Assembly (NCBI RefSeq): GCF_004010195.1
Contig: NC_057719.1
Span: forward strand, 48,132,228-48,181,126
DNA from: Chiloscyllium plagiosum
Lineage: Eukaryota
Length of the DNA: 48,899 nucleotides
Direction of reading: 5' to 3'
Under the pieces are notes generated by a model. That model worked only from the letters and a program-made list of their open reading frames with translations, was not told the origin of the DNA and did no database searches. Position numbers and translations under genes: made by a program. Positions 48,194 through 48,899 of the stretch are shown here, one piece after another. Position 1 is the stretch's first letter, and each line of letters begins with the position of its first letter.

Positions 48194-48899
48194 CAGTAGT
48201 GCCTCGACATATGAATGACTCCGTTCATGAACAAATCGGTTTACGAACAGGATTGTAAGTGAAATTTTACTTCAAAGTACGTACAAAATTCAAGGTACGA
48301 ACGAAGCCTGTGGTTTCATTGTCATTGTTCTGCTTTTCTACGCGCGCTTTAAACGCAAAAGCTCTCGGGCGCCATGTGATCTCATTCAGTTTGTCTTTGG
48401 CGCACGCGCGCTGTGAACATCCAATGTCCAAGCATTCTTACGCTTTTTTTTTTGTTTTTTGCATTAAATTAGCCCTCATTATGGCTCCCAAGAAAGTGAA
48501 ATGTGGTAGTGTTAATAGTATTAAGAAGCCTAAACGTATTACTGTAGAAACGAAGAAGGAAATAATAGCTAAACACGAAAAATGTGCTCGCGTATCTGAT
48601 CTCGCTATGCAGTACGACATGGCGAAATTGACTATCTATACTATCTTAAGGAACAAAGAGGCACTAAAGCCAGCTGACGAGGCTAAAGGAGTGACTATTT
48701 TAACGAAACAAAGGCCTAAATTGTTAGACGAGGTTGAAAAATTATTATTAGTTTGGATAAATCAAAAAGAGCTTGCTGGAAAAAGTGTTAACGAGACTAT
48801 AATCTGCGAGAAGGCTCTACACATACACCATGATTTGTTGGCGACACCGCTGAGTACAAATACTGCTAGCGTTGAAGAATTTAAAGCCAGCAGAGGCTG
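48194..48899 (+). mobile_element. 5' part of a Tigger/pogo-family DNA transposon
   Basis: TA at 48192-48193 followed by CAGTAGTGCCTCG (Tigger-like terminus) and a transposase ORF downstream. Confidence 0.85.
48481..48899 (+). CDS. Tigger/pogo transposase N-terminus (CENP-B-type double HTH, TIGD1-like), runs off the window
   Basis: Stop-free MAPKKVKCGS...RITVETKKEIIAKHEK...TILRNKE...EVEKLLLVWINQKELAG...IICEKA...EFKASRG. Absent from the ORF track, presumably because it has no stop in the window. Confidence 0.88.
   Translation, partial: MAPKKVKCGSVNSIKKPKRITVETKKEIIAKHEKCARVSDLAMQYDMAKLTIYTILRNKEALKPADEAKGVTILTKQRPKLLDEVEKLLLVWINQKELAGKSVNETIICEKALHIHHDLLATPLSTNTASVEEFKASRG

Overview
This is eukaryotic, repeat-rich vertebrate DNA. 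The repeat content (HE1-like V-SINEs, HER1-like CR1 LINEs, many Penelope-like elements) suggests a cartilaginous fish, probably a shark; this is inference. The only host gene I can support is the 3' end of kinectin (KTN1, + strand): nine GT-AG coding exons from 1228 to a stop at 17908, all joined in phase 0. They encode the C-terminal coiled coil and end in ...KEGDSV*, a tail more like the paralog RRBP1 than human KTN1. The rest is intron or intergenic DNA. It contains CR1 and L2 LINE fragments (including a near full-length CR1 with an SGNH-esterase ORF1), SINEs, a decayed Gypsy pol fragment, and, at the right edge, the start of a young-looking Tigger/pogo transposon with an uninterrupted ORF. 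The most notable signal is a population of small, often palindromic Penelope-like insertions carrying minimal hammerhead-ribozyme cores and target-site duplications (TSDs) of 8-100 bp. In one (27638-27785), perfect 60-bp inverted arms close directly onto an intact hammerhead core. There are three N gaps. Nearly all ORFs in the supplied track are spurious or transposon fragments. Family assignments are from remembered motifs, not database searches.
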